DNA of 64,000 nt from Paraspadella gotoi (lineage: Eukaryota; Animalia; Chaetognatha): contig CM119266.1 of the NCBI GenBank assembly GCA_051294375.1, forward strand, positions 5,255,210 to 5,319,209, written 5' to 3'. Positions within the stretch are counted from its first letter, which is position 1; each line of letters opens with the position of its first letter. Positions 48,422 through 60,576 of the stretch are shown here, piece by piece. Position numbers and translations under genes: made by a program. Below the pieces are notes generated by a model. The model worked only from the letters and a program-made list of their open reading frames with translations, had not been told where the DNA came from and did not search any database.

Positions 48422-49666
48422 TGTTGGGAATCGTAGAGACGGTGGAGAATTTGACTTTTCTACTTTCGATGGAGAAGATTTTTACGTCGCCTTGGAGTTT
48501 TTAGGTTAATTTAGGTTTATTTATTATTTAATAATGTAAGATTATTCGCATGAATTAAAATCGGATTCAAGCCATAAACCTTTTAGCGCTTTGTTTGCAA
48601 TTGAGCTAACGTTTCACGATCTAATCCATTCATTTAAACCAACCATCTACAATTAAACACTCTTAATTAGTTAGTTGAATTAATTTTTTTAAGATAAATG
48701 AGTTTATTCGCAGAAATTAATCTTTCTCACTAAAAATGACTCTACCGATCTCCGATCCTTAGCAAGTGACCCTTCCCTTTCTCACCGAGTGACCCTTCCG
48801 ATCCTTGACTTCCATCTTTCGACCCTTCTCTCTCCGTCTCGGAAGGATCATATCCCTCGTTGATCTCTCCCAGGTCAAATTCTGAGCCGGATTGGTCCGA
48901 ACTCGCTTCCCGATCTTGGATGACCATTTCTGATCAACTTGTTCCAATTGTAATTTTACAAAATTTTAGTTTATATGTGAATCAAAAGAAGTAGATCTGA
49001 TGTTGCTGCTGTTGTAGATGTTGTTTTTGTTGTTTTGTTGTTTGTTTGTTGTTTTTGTTGATGTTTTTTTTGTTGCTTTTGTTATTTTAGTTGATTTTGT
49101 TTTGTTGTTTTTTGTTGTTTTTGTTGTTTTTATTTGCTTTTGTTGTTTTTGTTGTTTTTGTTGTTTTTGTTGGCCAGCACTTACCTACTTTTGTTTCGTT
49201 CCAGAATTGAATCTTTATAAATTTAATTTATAATTTATTATTTATTTACCATTTATTATATATTAATTAATTATTACTTATTATTTTATCTTTTTTTAAA
49301 ATTTTTTATTTATGTATTTTCGACGCGTCGAAAAATACCGCGAAAAACCCAATTTCGTCGACCGCGAACGTCGACTCGAGATAACGTTGATTTCGCAAAA
49401 AGCGGATTTCGTGGTAAAACTGGATCGAGAACCGGGTTTAACGAAGGAGGAGGAGGAGGAGGAGGAGGAGGAGGAGGAAGAGGATGACAATTACAAAGTA
49501 AATAAAGAGATAAGAATATTTGGGTTAAAAGGAGAAAATAAGTTAAGATGCTGTCGGATGTACTAATCTCGTACCCTAGCGATACCGTGAGATTACGAAA
49601 TGCGGCATTATACGGCGAGGAAATGCTGTGAGGTCTGAGAAGAACCGGCGAGGAGTTTGGGTTCAT
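39534..49666 (-). CDS. UNC-93 family (UNC93A-like) MFS membrane protein, paralogue 1; 5' exons tentative
   Basis: Core exons: ~48490-48131 (RIWKNVIVLSIGFVLMFTAFQSISNLQSTMN), ~47403-47223, 42515-42343 (AAPMWTAKSSY), 42168-42105, ~42028-41935, 41669-41444 (WSGLEQGF), 41191-41080, 40945-40787 (WGISDAVWQTQIN), 40166-40004 (FANYRLWESTGF) and 39673-39534 (stop). Possible upstream exons at ~48927-48747 and 49666-~49577. The gene is interrupted by the inverted block 42581-47197. Confidence 0.85.
40287..40484 (+). repeat. Dispersed intronic repeat family (other copies ~22660-22756 +, ~37607-37720 +, ~59762-59895 -, ~62695-62823 -)
   Basis: Shared strings ctctggga.tgaataaac.agactgtgagagagtc and gagtgatggaggccttaaaccaccaaagcctgtccaaagt...gttgtaccaatttcata. 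Confidence 0.75.
45961..47078 (+). pseudogene. Redundant inverted copy of two 5' UNC93A paralogue-1 exons, with no downstream exons
   Basis: Exons 45961-46108 and ~46895-47078 are essentially identical to the minus-strand copy and end at the gap. Confidence 0.7.
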
Positions 49667-49772
49667 GGACCTCTGATCTAAATCTAAATCTAAATCTAAA
49701 TCCGGGTGATTGACGGCCGTCGTGTCGAGCGCTCTCGTCCGGTCCGCGAGGTTCAGCGTTCGCGACCGACAG

Positions 49773-49780
49773 CTTTTATA
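49773..49780 (-). promoter_or_regulatory. TATA box (TATAAAAG) upstream of UNC93A paralogue 1; mirrored at 44491
   Basis: Consensus TATA at the edge of a CpG-rich patch, ~110 bp upstream of the candidate ATG at 49666. Confidence 0.45.
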
Positions 49781-50242
49781 TTCCGGTTGTTGAGGAGTTT
49801 TCTATAATTTTTTAAACTTTTTAAATCAAGTTGATCAAATGGTCGTAATTAAAAATAATTAAAAGTAAATTATTCATAATAAAAAAGGAAAAATAAAAAT
49901 GAGAAATCGAAGTGTCGATCCGACTTTGATGGTTGACAATTACGATCGTCAACGACAAAAACCGACCGACCGATCGACCGACCGATCCTTCGGTTGTGAC
50001 ATATTTGATGGATGTTTCTCTGTTTCGAGATTCTGACCTCTGACCCAATTGTCGATCTCACTCCCGAAATTTCACCTTTTTTTCAATTCTCCCCTGATTC
50101 ATTCTACTCCCGACCTATTCTTCATTCTACTTCATTTCAAACTCCTCCTCTTCATCTTCACCTTCTCTTCATCCGAACCCTAATTATGAAAAACAAAATT
50201 AGGTCGCGAATTTTAAGCGAAAATTGAGACGAAATTATAAAA

Positions 50243-50292
<50 letters not shown>

Positions 50293-50750
50293 TGTTGTCA
50301 TCCGCGACGCCTCCAGATCCTTTAGACTAATTAATAGAATTTAAAAGTTTTCTTTTTGCCAAGAGGCGATTTTATTTGCTTGTCCTTTTTTGTAAGCGGC
50401 AGAATTATTTTTTCTATTTAGCCAAGTATAATACTTCTAGGAATCAGCATGATTTTTTTTTTTAACAAATTAGTCAGCCAGAAACCGTTACTTCATGATA
50501 AGGGATTTTACATTTTTAAAAAAAAATTTTAATCTTAATTTACATAGATTGATAATATTTTATATATGCCGGCCAGGTAGCATTCCCTATTTTTCAAATT
50601 AGCTAAACTAGTTATTTAATTTTAAAGACACTGACTTTTTTTAGAGCACTGTTTTAATAATTCTCCATTTTTAACACGAAAATCTTGATGAAGCAAAAAA
50701 TATCACACTTGAAATGTCTCACCGAGGGAGAAAATAAATATTTAATACAA

Positions 50751-50782
<32 letters not shown>

Positions 50783-51519
50783 GGAGAGAGAGAGAAAGGG
50801 AATGTTATTTTGTTATTTTTAAAAAAAAAACTGACCATTTTTATATATACTGCAATAAAATTATTAACTTATGTAAATAAACGTTCGATATCCTTTAGTT
50901 TGCCAATTTCATACAAAGGGAATGTGTATAAAATCTTAACAAAACTCGAGAAATAAAGATATATTTGTGTCTTTTAAATAAATTCTTCGTCTTCGTTACT
51001 CGCAAATTTAACAAACGATCAATTTTATTGAAAATAGTTTCAGGATTCAAAATGTTGTCGGATTTAAAATAACTTTAAAAGATCCTTCTTTAACTTGAGT
51101 CATAAAAAATTCGCAAATCGAGTTCACTCTTCAAACTTGGAACTATTTTCGCAATGATTGTTATCATCATCGTCATCATAGTCATTATAATTATTGAAGT
51201 ATTTCTTAATTAACTTTACATACATGATCAGAATGGATATACACTCATCGTCGTCACAATCATGGTCATCGTCGTCATCATCATCATCATCATCATCATG
51301 ATCATCAAGACATAAAAAAAGAAAAACCTGAGGAATTTGTCATCAAACAAAACCGAAGAAAATTCTTCCTTTTCTTTTTTTCTTTTTTCTTTTTTTTTTT
51401 AACAAAAAAGTTCGTTTTACTTTTTTCGTCGAATTTCGTCAGGAGCCAAATTTTACTTTTCTTTAACATCTGAAATTAAAAAAATTTAAAAAAATGGAAC
51501 CGTTTTGAGTTTGAGATTG

Positions 51520-51590
<71 letters not shown>

Positions 51591-51830
51591 CTTTACGGGA
51601 CGGCCTCACCTTTTTTCAGTCATCTCTCACTCACCCATTTCCCTTTTATGACCGACTCTCTCTCTATGTAAGTTTTAGAAGTTACTGACGAAACAACGAA
51701 ATAAAAAACGCGAACGAAAACAAACGAAAAATAAAAACAAAACAAAACAAAACAAAATAGTTATTTTCTTAATCCGTTAAAATGTTTTACTAACTGTAGG
51801 TCTTTTTCATTTCTCTCTCTCTCTCATCTG

Positions 51831-51876
<46 letters not shown>

Positions 51877-52134
51877 TCTCTCCTCTCTCTCTCTCTCTCT
51901 TTAATACCAAGTCACCAGTCTTCGGTCCAAACTTGATTCCAGATTTCCATCGTTAATGACCTCATGACCTTTTATTCTTTATTCTTCTATTAAGCTAACG
52001 GAATTAATAAATAAATCAATTATTGGAATAAGGAATGAATGAATGAATGAATGAATGAATGAATGAATGAATGAACGCAGAACAAGACGAATTAAATGAA
52101 TTTATTTCAACTTCTGCTCCTTTCAACGTCGCTT

Positions 52135-52406
52135 AAAATTTAAATTAAATCTCAAATAAGATTTTAAACTCAACAACTGAAAATTAAATTAAATCTCAAA
52201 TAAGATTTTAAACTCAACAACTGAAAATTTTAATTAAATCTCAAATAAGATTTTAAACTCAACAACTGAAAATTTAAATTAAATCTCACATAAGATTTTA
52301 AACTCAACAACTGAAAATTTAAATTAAATCTCAAATAAGATTTTAAACTCAACAACTGAAAATTTAAATTAAATCTCAAATAAGATTTTGAACTCAACAA
52401 CTGAAA
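52135..52406 (+). repeat. 45-bp minisatellite, ~6 near-identical copies
   Basis: Unit aaatttaaattaaatctcaaataagattttaaactcaacaactga. Confidence 0.95.
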
Positions 52407-55400
52407 ATGCAAAACTCAAACGGAGACGGTAGAGACAATTTCGGTTTCGCTTCATCCGACGACCAAAGAGAAGAGGAAAATCCGCCGGGTAAGTCTTCCC
52501 ATTCTCATCGGGTGAGTTTCAAAAAAGTAGGGAAGTGGAACAGTTGAAACGTTTTAATTGGGATGACCTTTTTTTCGTGGTGAAAACAACTTTTAAAAAA
52601 TATCATTAAGAATGTCACCGCACGAAAAAATTTATGTACTATAGAGTTATATATATGCTTTCATTGTATTAAAGTATGAAATGTTTTTATTAATATTAGT
52701 TTGACAAGCGATTATTATTTAACTATAGGAAGTATGCTTTCGGTCTGTGTGATTTCTGATTAGGAAATTGTTCATTTGTCGAATTCCATCGTGACTTTTT
52801 TCCTTTCGCCTTCAACCAGAATTCTTTGCTTCTGCGCATCAAATGTCAAAAAATCTTTTTCAGTCTTTTTGTGAATTTCACACTTTTATTCTCTCACGTT
52901 TACCTTCGGTTCGTGAATTTCTCGTCAGCGAACGGATTTTGTAAAAAAAATTTTAATTCTTTTATTGCCAATCTGGTTTAAAACATTTATTAGTTTTTAA
53001 CTTTTTTTTTCACCGATGATCCGTTTCCCTCAAAAGTTCAACGATGAAATACGTAAAAATTCGATCACTTTCTTTAATAAGTACTGATATAAGATATGGC
53101 GTTAATACTAAGAAACTTCGTGAACAAAATTAATGGACAAGAAAACGTTTATGATAAATTTTTTTAAAAAAAATCTCAGTGTAAGATAGTTTTTTTAAAT
53201 TCACGAAGTTTTTTAGTATTAACGCCAAATGCTTCACATTTTATCATCAATTAAAGCCAACCGTATTCAACTGGAAACACAAAAAATAATCATTTCTTCT
53301 CAATACTGTTAATAAATAATATGTAAATTCCTGACTATAATTTTCTATTTCAAACTATTTCAGGCTACGACGACATCGATAAGATGAATTCCGATGGATC
53401 GATCGTCGTGAATCCCAAATTCACTCAGCAAGATTCACAACCAGGTAACTTATTCATTTGGGTAATTATTTTTTTTGGGTAAAATATCAAAAATGTAATT
53501 TTTTATGAGATATTTTGTTTTTCAATATCTTCTCGATTTTTTTTTAGTTGCAGCCCTCAAATGCCATCTGTCTCTGATACTGACATTTCTGTGTTTCATT
53601 TAACCTCGTAGTCTTTTCAAAATGTTCTGCTTCAAAATTAAGAAAAAGTTATACAATTTGTGTTTCACATTTTTTCATGGCAAATAAATTACTAATAAAC
53701 AACTCGTAATAAAACTACCAGCGTTTATAATCTACATAAAACTACGTAACAAATTCGTTTCTCACAACACAGATAATTAATTCCCCTGCCATTACTTTTT
53801 TTATCCCTCCCCCAACCGACAGGAGTCCTCAACTTTTGGTCTCCTCGAACTCAGATGGCAAAACTTCGGATTTGGAAGAACGTATTGATTCTCTCATTCG
53901 GCTTCGTTCTCCTCTTCTCCGCCTTTCAGAGCATCTCGAATCTCCAAAGCACAATGAACAGCGACGAAGGGTTGGGGACGTCGTCCTTGGCGATGGTTTA
54001 CGGTGATTACGCTGTAGACAGGGTTGTCCGATTGAAATGGACGGCTTGTATGTGGAGTTTATCTTTGTTGAAAATGTTTGTCTGAATTGGATGCATTCTT
54101 ATATTCCAACACGGAAGAGTTAACATTTTCTTAATTTAGGCACATTGTGTAATATATTAAAGTTAGTAGGCATGGATTTCAATACAAAACTAAGTGAAAT
54201 CTTACATGTTAAATACAAATTTTAATCCAAACGTCGTCTCCTTTGGAGTTGTGATTATAAAATCCAATTAATCTAAACAATGCAACAATTTATTCCTTCT
54301 CTTCTTCCTCCTCCTATTCTTCCTTTCCTTCTTCCTCCCCCTCTTCTTCCTTCCTCTTTCCTTACTCCCCCTACCCTTCCCCTTCTTCCTTCCTCCCCTC
54401 CCTCCTCTCCCCTCCCTCCCTCCCTCCCTTAGCCGCCCTCATCTTCTCCTGCCTCTTTCTCCCTCCCGTCGTTTATTGGTTTCCTCGGATTCAAATGGAC
54501 GCTGGTGGTCGCTCCTATTTGCTACGGGTCATACATGGTCGCCAATCTGGTCAAGAACTTCATTCCCTGCACCATTGATGTCAACGGCGACGAAGTCGAG
54601 GGACGATATTTCAGATGGTGAGGGGAGGCGTTGACAGTTTGCAATTTTGGGTCATCGTCTTAGATTTCTCTGTTTAATGATTAGTTTATGATTAATGTTT
54701 ATTTAACTTTTTTTGTTGGGGCGCCTAAAGACTTGTTGTCCGTTAATCAAGCCTCAAACCAGCTTTAAATCGGGTTATGGATTACGAAGCTGAGATTAAA
54801 ACTAGGGATAAGCGGTGGTTAGTGTCTGAAGGCAGTTTAAGGGCGTTCCCTGAGATGATACAGGTTGGGGAATGGTACCGGAATTAGCTAGCCACTGCTA
54901 GCCACTGCTAGCCACTGCTAGCCACTGCTAGCCCCTGCTAGCCACTGCTAGCCACTGCTTGCCACTGCTTGCCACTGGAACCAGTCTGTTACTGTCATCG
55001 GGATTTAAAATTGTGTGTTGCCACCAAGATTAACTAATCTCTCCCCCCTCTCACGTTCTAAAGGACTGTGATGATGCTGTCCGCTGCGCTGCTGGGGCTG
55101 AGCGCGGCGCCGATGTGGACGGCGAAGTCTTCGTACATGACGGAACTCGGGATTATGTATTCGAAATTGACGGGAGAAACGAAAGAGGCAGTCATTAATA
55201 GATTCTTTGGAGTTTTCTTCTTATTCTTTCAATCCGGTGAGTTTGGGATGTTCATTTGTTTCTAAATAAATGAATAAATGAATATAGGCATGAATAGATA
55301 AATAAATGTAAAAAAGTACTTAAATAAGTAAGTAAATGAACAGATAAATTAGAAAAATCAACAGAAAAATCAATGAATTAATAAATCAATTTAATTTAAT

Positions 55401-57060
55401 TCATTATAAACAAAAATAGGTTGCTTATATTTAATGACATTTTAAACAAAAATATCCTTTTTCTTTCAGGTCAGATTTGGGGTAATTTGATCTCATCCGA
55501 AATTCTTAAAAAAGATAAAAACTCTGAAATGGCACAAGGTTTGTAATCAATGAAACTTTAACTCTGAATCCCCATATTAAAAGACATTCTTTTGTTAGTT
55601 TTGTTTAATATTTACAGTTTAAACTCAACCAAGCGATGCGGCGTGGAATGGAGTCTTTCAAATTCAGCTCCAGGCGAAGACTGCGCGCCGAAACTGAGAT
55701 CGAACAAAACAAAGTGAGTTTGTTTGACAGAGAAGATCGAAGATGGCGCGTCGAACGATTTCGTTTTTGTTTTTTAAACAAAAGCGAAAGAAGCAATTTC
55801 AAGTTATGGCTTAAGTTTAAAGAAAAAATCTTTCTTAATCTTTCCCGACAAACCAGTATTTCCTACAAATCTTTCCCATTCTTTTTTTTTCAAATCTTTC
55901 CCGTTTTCCCTGAAAATTTCTCGCCCAATCTCACTTTTCTGACCGACGCTTTTCCTAAATCCTTCCCTATTTCTTGTTAAATCCATGAAATGTTTCTGAT
56001 TTGCTCTTTTTGTTAAATTAAAACTTCTTTCCCACCAAATCCCTTCTACTAGTACTAATAAATCCTTGCCCTCTTTCCACCAAATCAACCCTAACTTTAA
56101 ATCTTCCCCCACTTTAAAATTAAATCCTTCCCCTCTTCCCAACTTTAAATCTCTGCCCCCCACACAAATCTCACAGGTCAGCCTCTGCCGCCATTCTTCA
56201 TCTTTGCGCCGCCGCCTCTTCATCTCGTCTTTCTCTTCCTCCTCGGACGAACTTTCGACGCGGACGACGCAAAACAACGAACGCACACGACAACAACAAG
56301 GGCGTCTTCTCGCTTCTTCTCGTGACTGTGAAGAAATTTGAAAGACGTGGAATCAATATTCTTTTCGTTCCTTCTCACATTTGGAGCGGAATAGAACAAG
56401 GTCTCATTCTCTCGGACTATACCAAGGTGTGTGCTGAAGTGTGAAAGCTGGACGATGAGCATTGAGCACTGTGCTTGTATTGTGCGAAAAATGAAAAGGT
56501 CACTTAATTAAACTACAAAATAGGTCTCTTTGAAAACAGACTTTAGCTTCTAAAATTCTTAAATTATCACTAATTTGACTCGAGGCTCTATGAGATCAAT
56601 TTCACGAGCAAAATAGCTTGAGCAACATAAATTGTACATAACTTTAAAATATTAGCACATTGATTTCTAAATTAAGAATTGATTCTTTAAAAGATTTATT
56701 AATTCTTTTAAATCACAAACATCGTTAATAAATCAATTTGTTCAGTATTGATATTGAACCATTTCTATTTATAGATTTAGAGATAAAGAAACAATAAATC
56801 TTAACCTTTCTCAAATGTTTCAGGCTTGGGTTAGTTGTGCAATGGGGATGGAAAATATCGGATACACGATGATTGCCATTCGGACTCAGCGACTTCCGTT
56901 TGTTCCTTTGTTTTTGGAAGACTCGTCAAGTGGCTCGGTAGGTGGCAAAACAATCGATTCGAATTTTTTTGAAAAAAACAAAAAGATTACGCTACCTTTA
57001 AAACTGACCAATAAATAGATTATCCCCATATTGGGCGAGAGAAAGTTAAAGATTCTTTCT

Positions 57061-57095
<35 letters not shown>

Positions 57096-57104
57096 TCTCT
57101 CTCT

Positions 57105-57168
<64 letters not shown>

Positions 57169-60100
57169 CGTCAGGCCGAGTCTTCTTCTTCGTGTTGGCG
57201 GCTACAGTAAACCTGGCGGCGATTTTCGCGATGTACTTTTGGGTTCCGGTTAATCCGGATCTCACTGTCGTCTTTTACGTTTTGGCCGCCATGTGGGGCG
57301 TGGCTGACGCCGTCTGGCAAAACGCAAATCAACGGTGAGACGGTTGTTGTTGTTATTATCTAATAAGTAAATTTTATAGACTAATTTCATACGATTTGAT
57401 TGTAAAGATCGTTGACGTTTAGTCAAATAACGAGGGTAAATAATAAGTTGGCAAAGTATTTGGTTGACAATAGTTTATTAATGACGGACAATGATTAGGG
57501 TGATGACATAGGAAAACGATGACACGATAACAAAGGTTAAAACAAAGGTTGATGCCAATATTAAACAGTTCAATAATTATTTGAAGAAGTGTTCTTTCTT
57601 GAGTTTGAGTGTAGAGGTGAATGCCTAGAGTTCTCTTAGCAATTTGACCATCAATCCCTCCGTCGGTTCCTCTGTCGGTCAGTTGGTCATTCTAAGGTTG
57701 AAGTAAGGTCTGTGATTCGTCGGTATTCGAGTGATTCGTGAAGGAGACGAGCAATCACATCACTAGGCCAACCAAGTCCGTTTATAGGTCCATTCCGTTG
57801 ATTGAGATCTAGTAATGTTAAGGCCTGGGATCATTCAAACAAGATTGCCATAAAGCTTTATACAAATTATTTTATGTAAACAGAAGTATATTTCGCTTCG
57901 TGTTTCAAATAAAAAAATTCAAATTTGAATAAGGTTTAGCTTCAAGAGCCACCAAAAATCGGGCAATTTTTTTTATCGGTAAACCTAAGAAACTTCATTC
58001 AAGACGGTAAAGTCATTTTAAAAGCGAATTTGTAATTCTTTTTTATTCAATTAACATCAGTTACCTCAGTGTAATACTAGTACCTAAAGCCTAGTCATTC
58101 TTATGATGTAATTGGATCAATTAAGGATGAAAATATAAACGTTTATGTAGAGAGAGTGCAGAATACATATTTAACGATGCCTAATACCATTTTTTTACAA
58201 AAAGAGTTATACAAAAATTGTACAATTTTTAAAAGTCAAAGACAATCGTCCATTGGCATCTGCAATCGGATCCTCTGAGATAGAAACACTCTATGGTGCC
58301 ATAGATGGTCTCTGATTCCACAGATGGACAATCGTTATGCTCTCCTCTTGTCAATTAGTTTCTGTTCCCCACATTCAAAACTGGCTTTAAAGCTTGACCG
58401 TTTGCCACAGATGAAAATAAGTAAACCCCTTGCAGCATTCCTCCTTGTTCACCCATCCGTGTTTTGTTGTCACAGCATTTTTTAAATTTAAAAAAAAAAA
58501 TTTAAAAATTGGATAAAACTTCAGAGAACGGTTAAAGCCATCATTTAAACTAGAAATGAAAATAGATTTTACAAAAGCATGTCGATTTTAGAGTTCTCTG
58601 CTCGACTTTCAGTTCTTTAAAATCTACAGAAAAAAAAAAAAAATAAAAGATAAATAAACAAAAAGAGTTGGAGCGCAAACTGTTTGAAAAAAAAATAAAC
58701 TAAAATTATTTTTCGTTAGTATGGAAATGTGGGAGAGAATTCTATGAGAGGGATTTTGAAAATGTTATTCGTTTTCAAGATTATTTAGAATTTTAACGCC
58801 AAAATTTCATTATTCTTTTTTTTTCCTATGAAGAAAAGTGAATTTGGAAAATCCCTCTCATAGAATTGGGACCTTCACCTCAAGTAAAATTATGTTAAAT
58901 TTCATCGAAATCCGCTTCGCCGTTTGGGGCTGCAACTCTTCCGATAGGTTTCTTTTTATTTTATATAGTAAATATAAAATTCGAAAAAACACCAACGGTT
59001 TTGAAAAAATAATAAAGTGAATACATTTTCGGAATCGAACTGGACCTCTACTTTCAAAATCCAAGCTTTGTGTTACCCTATTTATAACTTTTGGTGAGTG
59101 ATCCCAGGCCTTAATAAAGAATATTAATAAAACTCGGTTTACTATTGATATATAATATACTGTTCATTTGTGAGAGAGGATAGCGGAGAGAGGGAGAGAG
59201 AGAGAGAGAGTAGATTAGAGGAAAGACCAGAGGAAGAGAGAGAATATTTACATTTACATCAATCCTTTTGCGACGAAATAATATTTAAGAGAAAACTTTA
59301 TATATTTTTTCAACAAGGGCAAAGAGAACTGATTTGCTCTTCTCTCGTTTAATCAATAAATCAATCAATCATAATGAACCCCATTCAATCACACCTCCTC
59401 TCTCCCCTCTTTCTCTAATCCTTCTAGGCCCTGTACGGACGTCCTCTTCATGCAAGAATCAAGAGGCAGGATTCGCCAATTATCGCTTGGGAATCGACGG
59501 GTGTTCATCATCGCTTTCATCTACGCGGATCTCATTCCATCCAAACTAAAATCTTCGTGCTCATCCTCGTTTGGCCGCTGGAATGTCAGGTTGAGTTAAT
59601 TGATTGCGGTTAAATCGGTTAATTTTATTAATTAATAATGTAATTAATGACCTTAATTAATCTGGTCGTTTTTGGGTCGGTTTGCCTAAACTGTTAAAGA
59701 TTTAAAATTTGCGTTTTAAGAATAGGGGCGGTTAACCGATTTAAATTTGTCAGTAATTTAACTAAATAAACTATCTTGTCTCTGACGTTTGGATGATGGG
59801 CAACTAATGAATCCCTCTTACAGGATACTTGGAAGCTTTTAATCAAGACTCTCTCATCAGATCTATTTATTAACTCCCTGAGTTCCTGGCTTCATTCAAT
59901 CGAGTGTCATTATAGTTTTTACAGTGTTACCGACTGCGGTTTGCAATTGGTAGTCATTTGAGAATTCCATTTGAAATTGAATTTTTTGCGGACGCTACTA
60001 TAATGAGTAGTTTAAGTTTATCGTTCATCCAATGTCTACCGATAACTAAGCCATACAGTGTTTTTCATTTTTTTTTTTAATCTTAGGTATTTCTTGATCG

Positions 60101-60201
60101 AAGTTCGAGAGCGATTTCTCAAAAAATTCGAGGAGACGAACAAAATACTCAAACTGAAGACCAAAGAATCCAACGGAGAAACGACTGAATTTAATTTGTA
60201 A
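52407..60201 (+). CDS. UNC-93 family (UNC93A-like) MFS membrane protein, paralogue 2, ~12 exons, several apparent indel errors
   Basis: Exons 52407-52488, 53364-53444, 53823-54002 (RIWKNVLILSFGFVLLFSAFQSISNLQSTMN), 54433-54617, 55064-55236, 55470-55538, ~55618-55712, 56176-56425, 56824-56937, 57175-57334 (WGVADAVWQTQIN), ~59428-59589 and ~60087-60201. The core intron positions match paralogue 1. Frameshifts in exons 9-11 are absent from the duplicate copies at 60.3-62.5 kb. The stop position is approximate. Confidence 0.85.
54887..54977 (+). repeat. 10-bp tandem repeat (gctagccact)n, ~9 copies, intronic
   Basis: Directly visible. Confidence 0.95.
57822..59110 (+). mobile_element. Complete non-autonomous Kolobok-like DNA transposon, 1289 bp, in an intron of UNC93A paralogue 2
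   Basis: TTAA TSD at 57818-57821 and 59111-59114. 16-bp TIR ggcctgggatcattca / tgagtgatcccaggcc with 1 mismatch. Empty site tctagtaatgTTAAtgaaat at ~60813-60832 and 61011-61030. GG...CC termini fit Kolobok rather than piggyBac. No transposase ORF. Confidence 0.9.
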
Positions 60202-60340
60202 TATTTGTCCCTATTAACTAATTAGTTTGTTTATACTTTATGTATATGAATTCAATTAAACTTAAACATAGAAACTATATAGAGTTACATTAGTTAAAAT
60301 AGTATGGTGGTCTCTNNNNNNNNNNNNNNNNNNNNNNNNN

Positions 60341-60535
60341 TCGGATACACGATGATTGCATTCGGACTCAGCGACTCCGTATGTTCCTTTATTTTCGGAA
60401 GACTCGTCAAGTGGCTCGGTAGGTGGCGAAACAATCGATTCGAATTTTTTGAAAGAAAAAAAACAAAAGATTGCGCTACCTTTAAAACTGACCAATAAAT
60501 AGATTATGCCCATATTGGGCGAGAGAATGTTAAAG

Positions 60536-60576
<41 letters not shown>

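Larger units (their letters stand above)
42581..51671. repeat. Giant inverted duplication: 42581-~47075 mirrors 47223-51671, centred on an N gap
   Basis: ttacatagagagagagtcggtcataaaaggg (42581) is the reverse complement of the sequence ending at 51671. Identical MRKLRIWKN ORFs occur at 45961 (+) and 48278 (-). The gap is at 47198-47222. Confidence 0.95.

Noticed and set aside
52135-52406. Regularly spaced repeat as a CRISPR array
   Set aside because: Units are contiguous with no unique spacers, there are no cas genes, and the context is eukaryotic.
57822-59110. piggyBac assignment for the TTAA element
   Set aside because: Termini are GG...CC rather than the CC...GG of piggyBac.
54433-60201. 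UNC93A paralogue 2 as a pseudogene
   Set aside because: Frameshifts are single-base indels, often in homopolymers, and are absent from duplicate copies of the same exons. Sequencing error is more likely.
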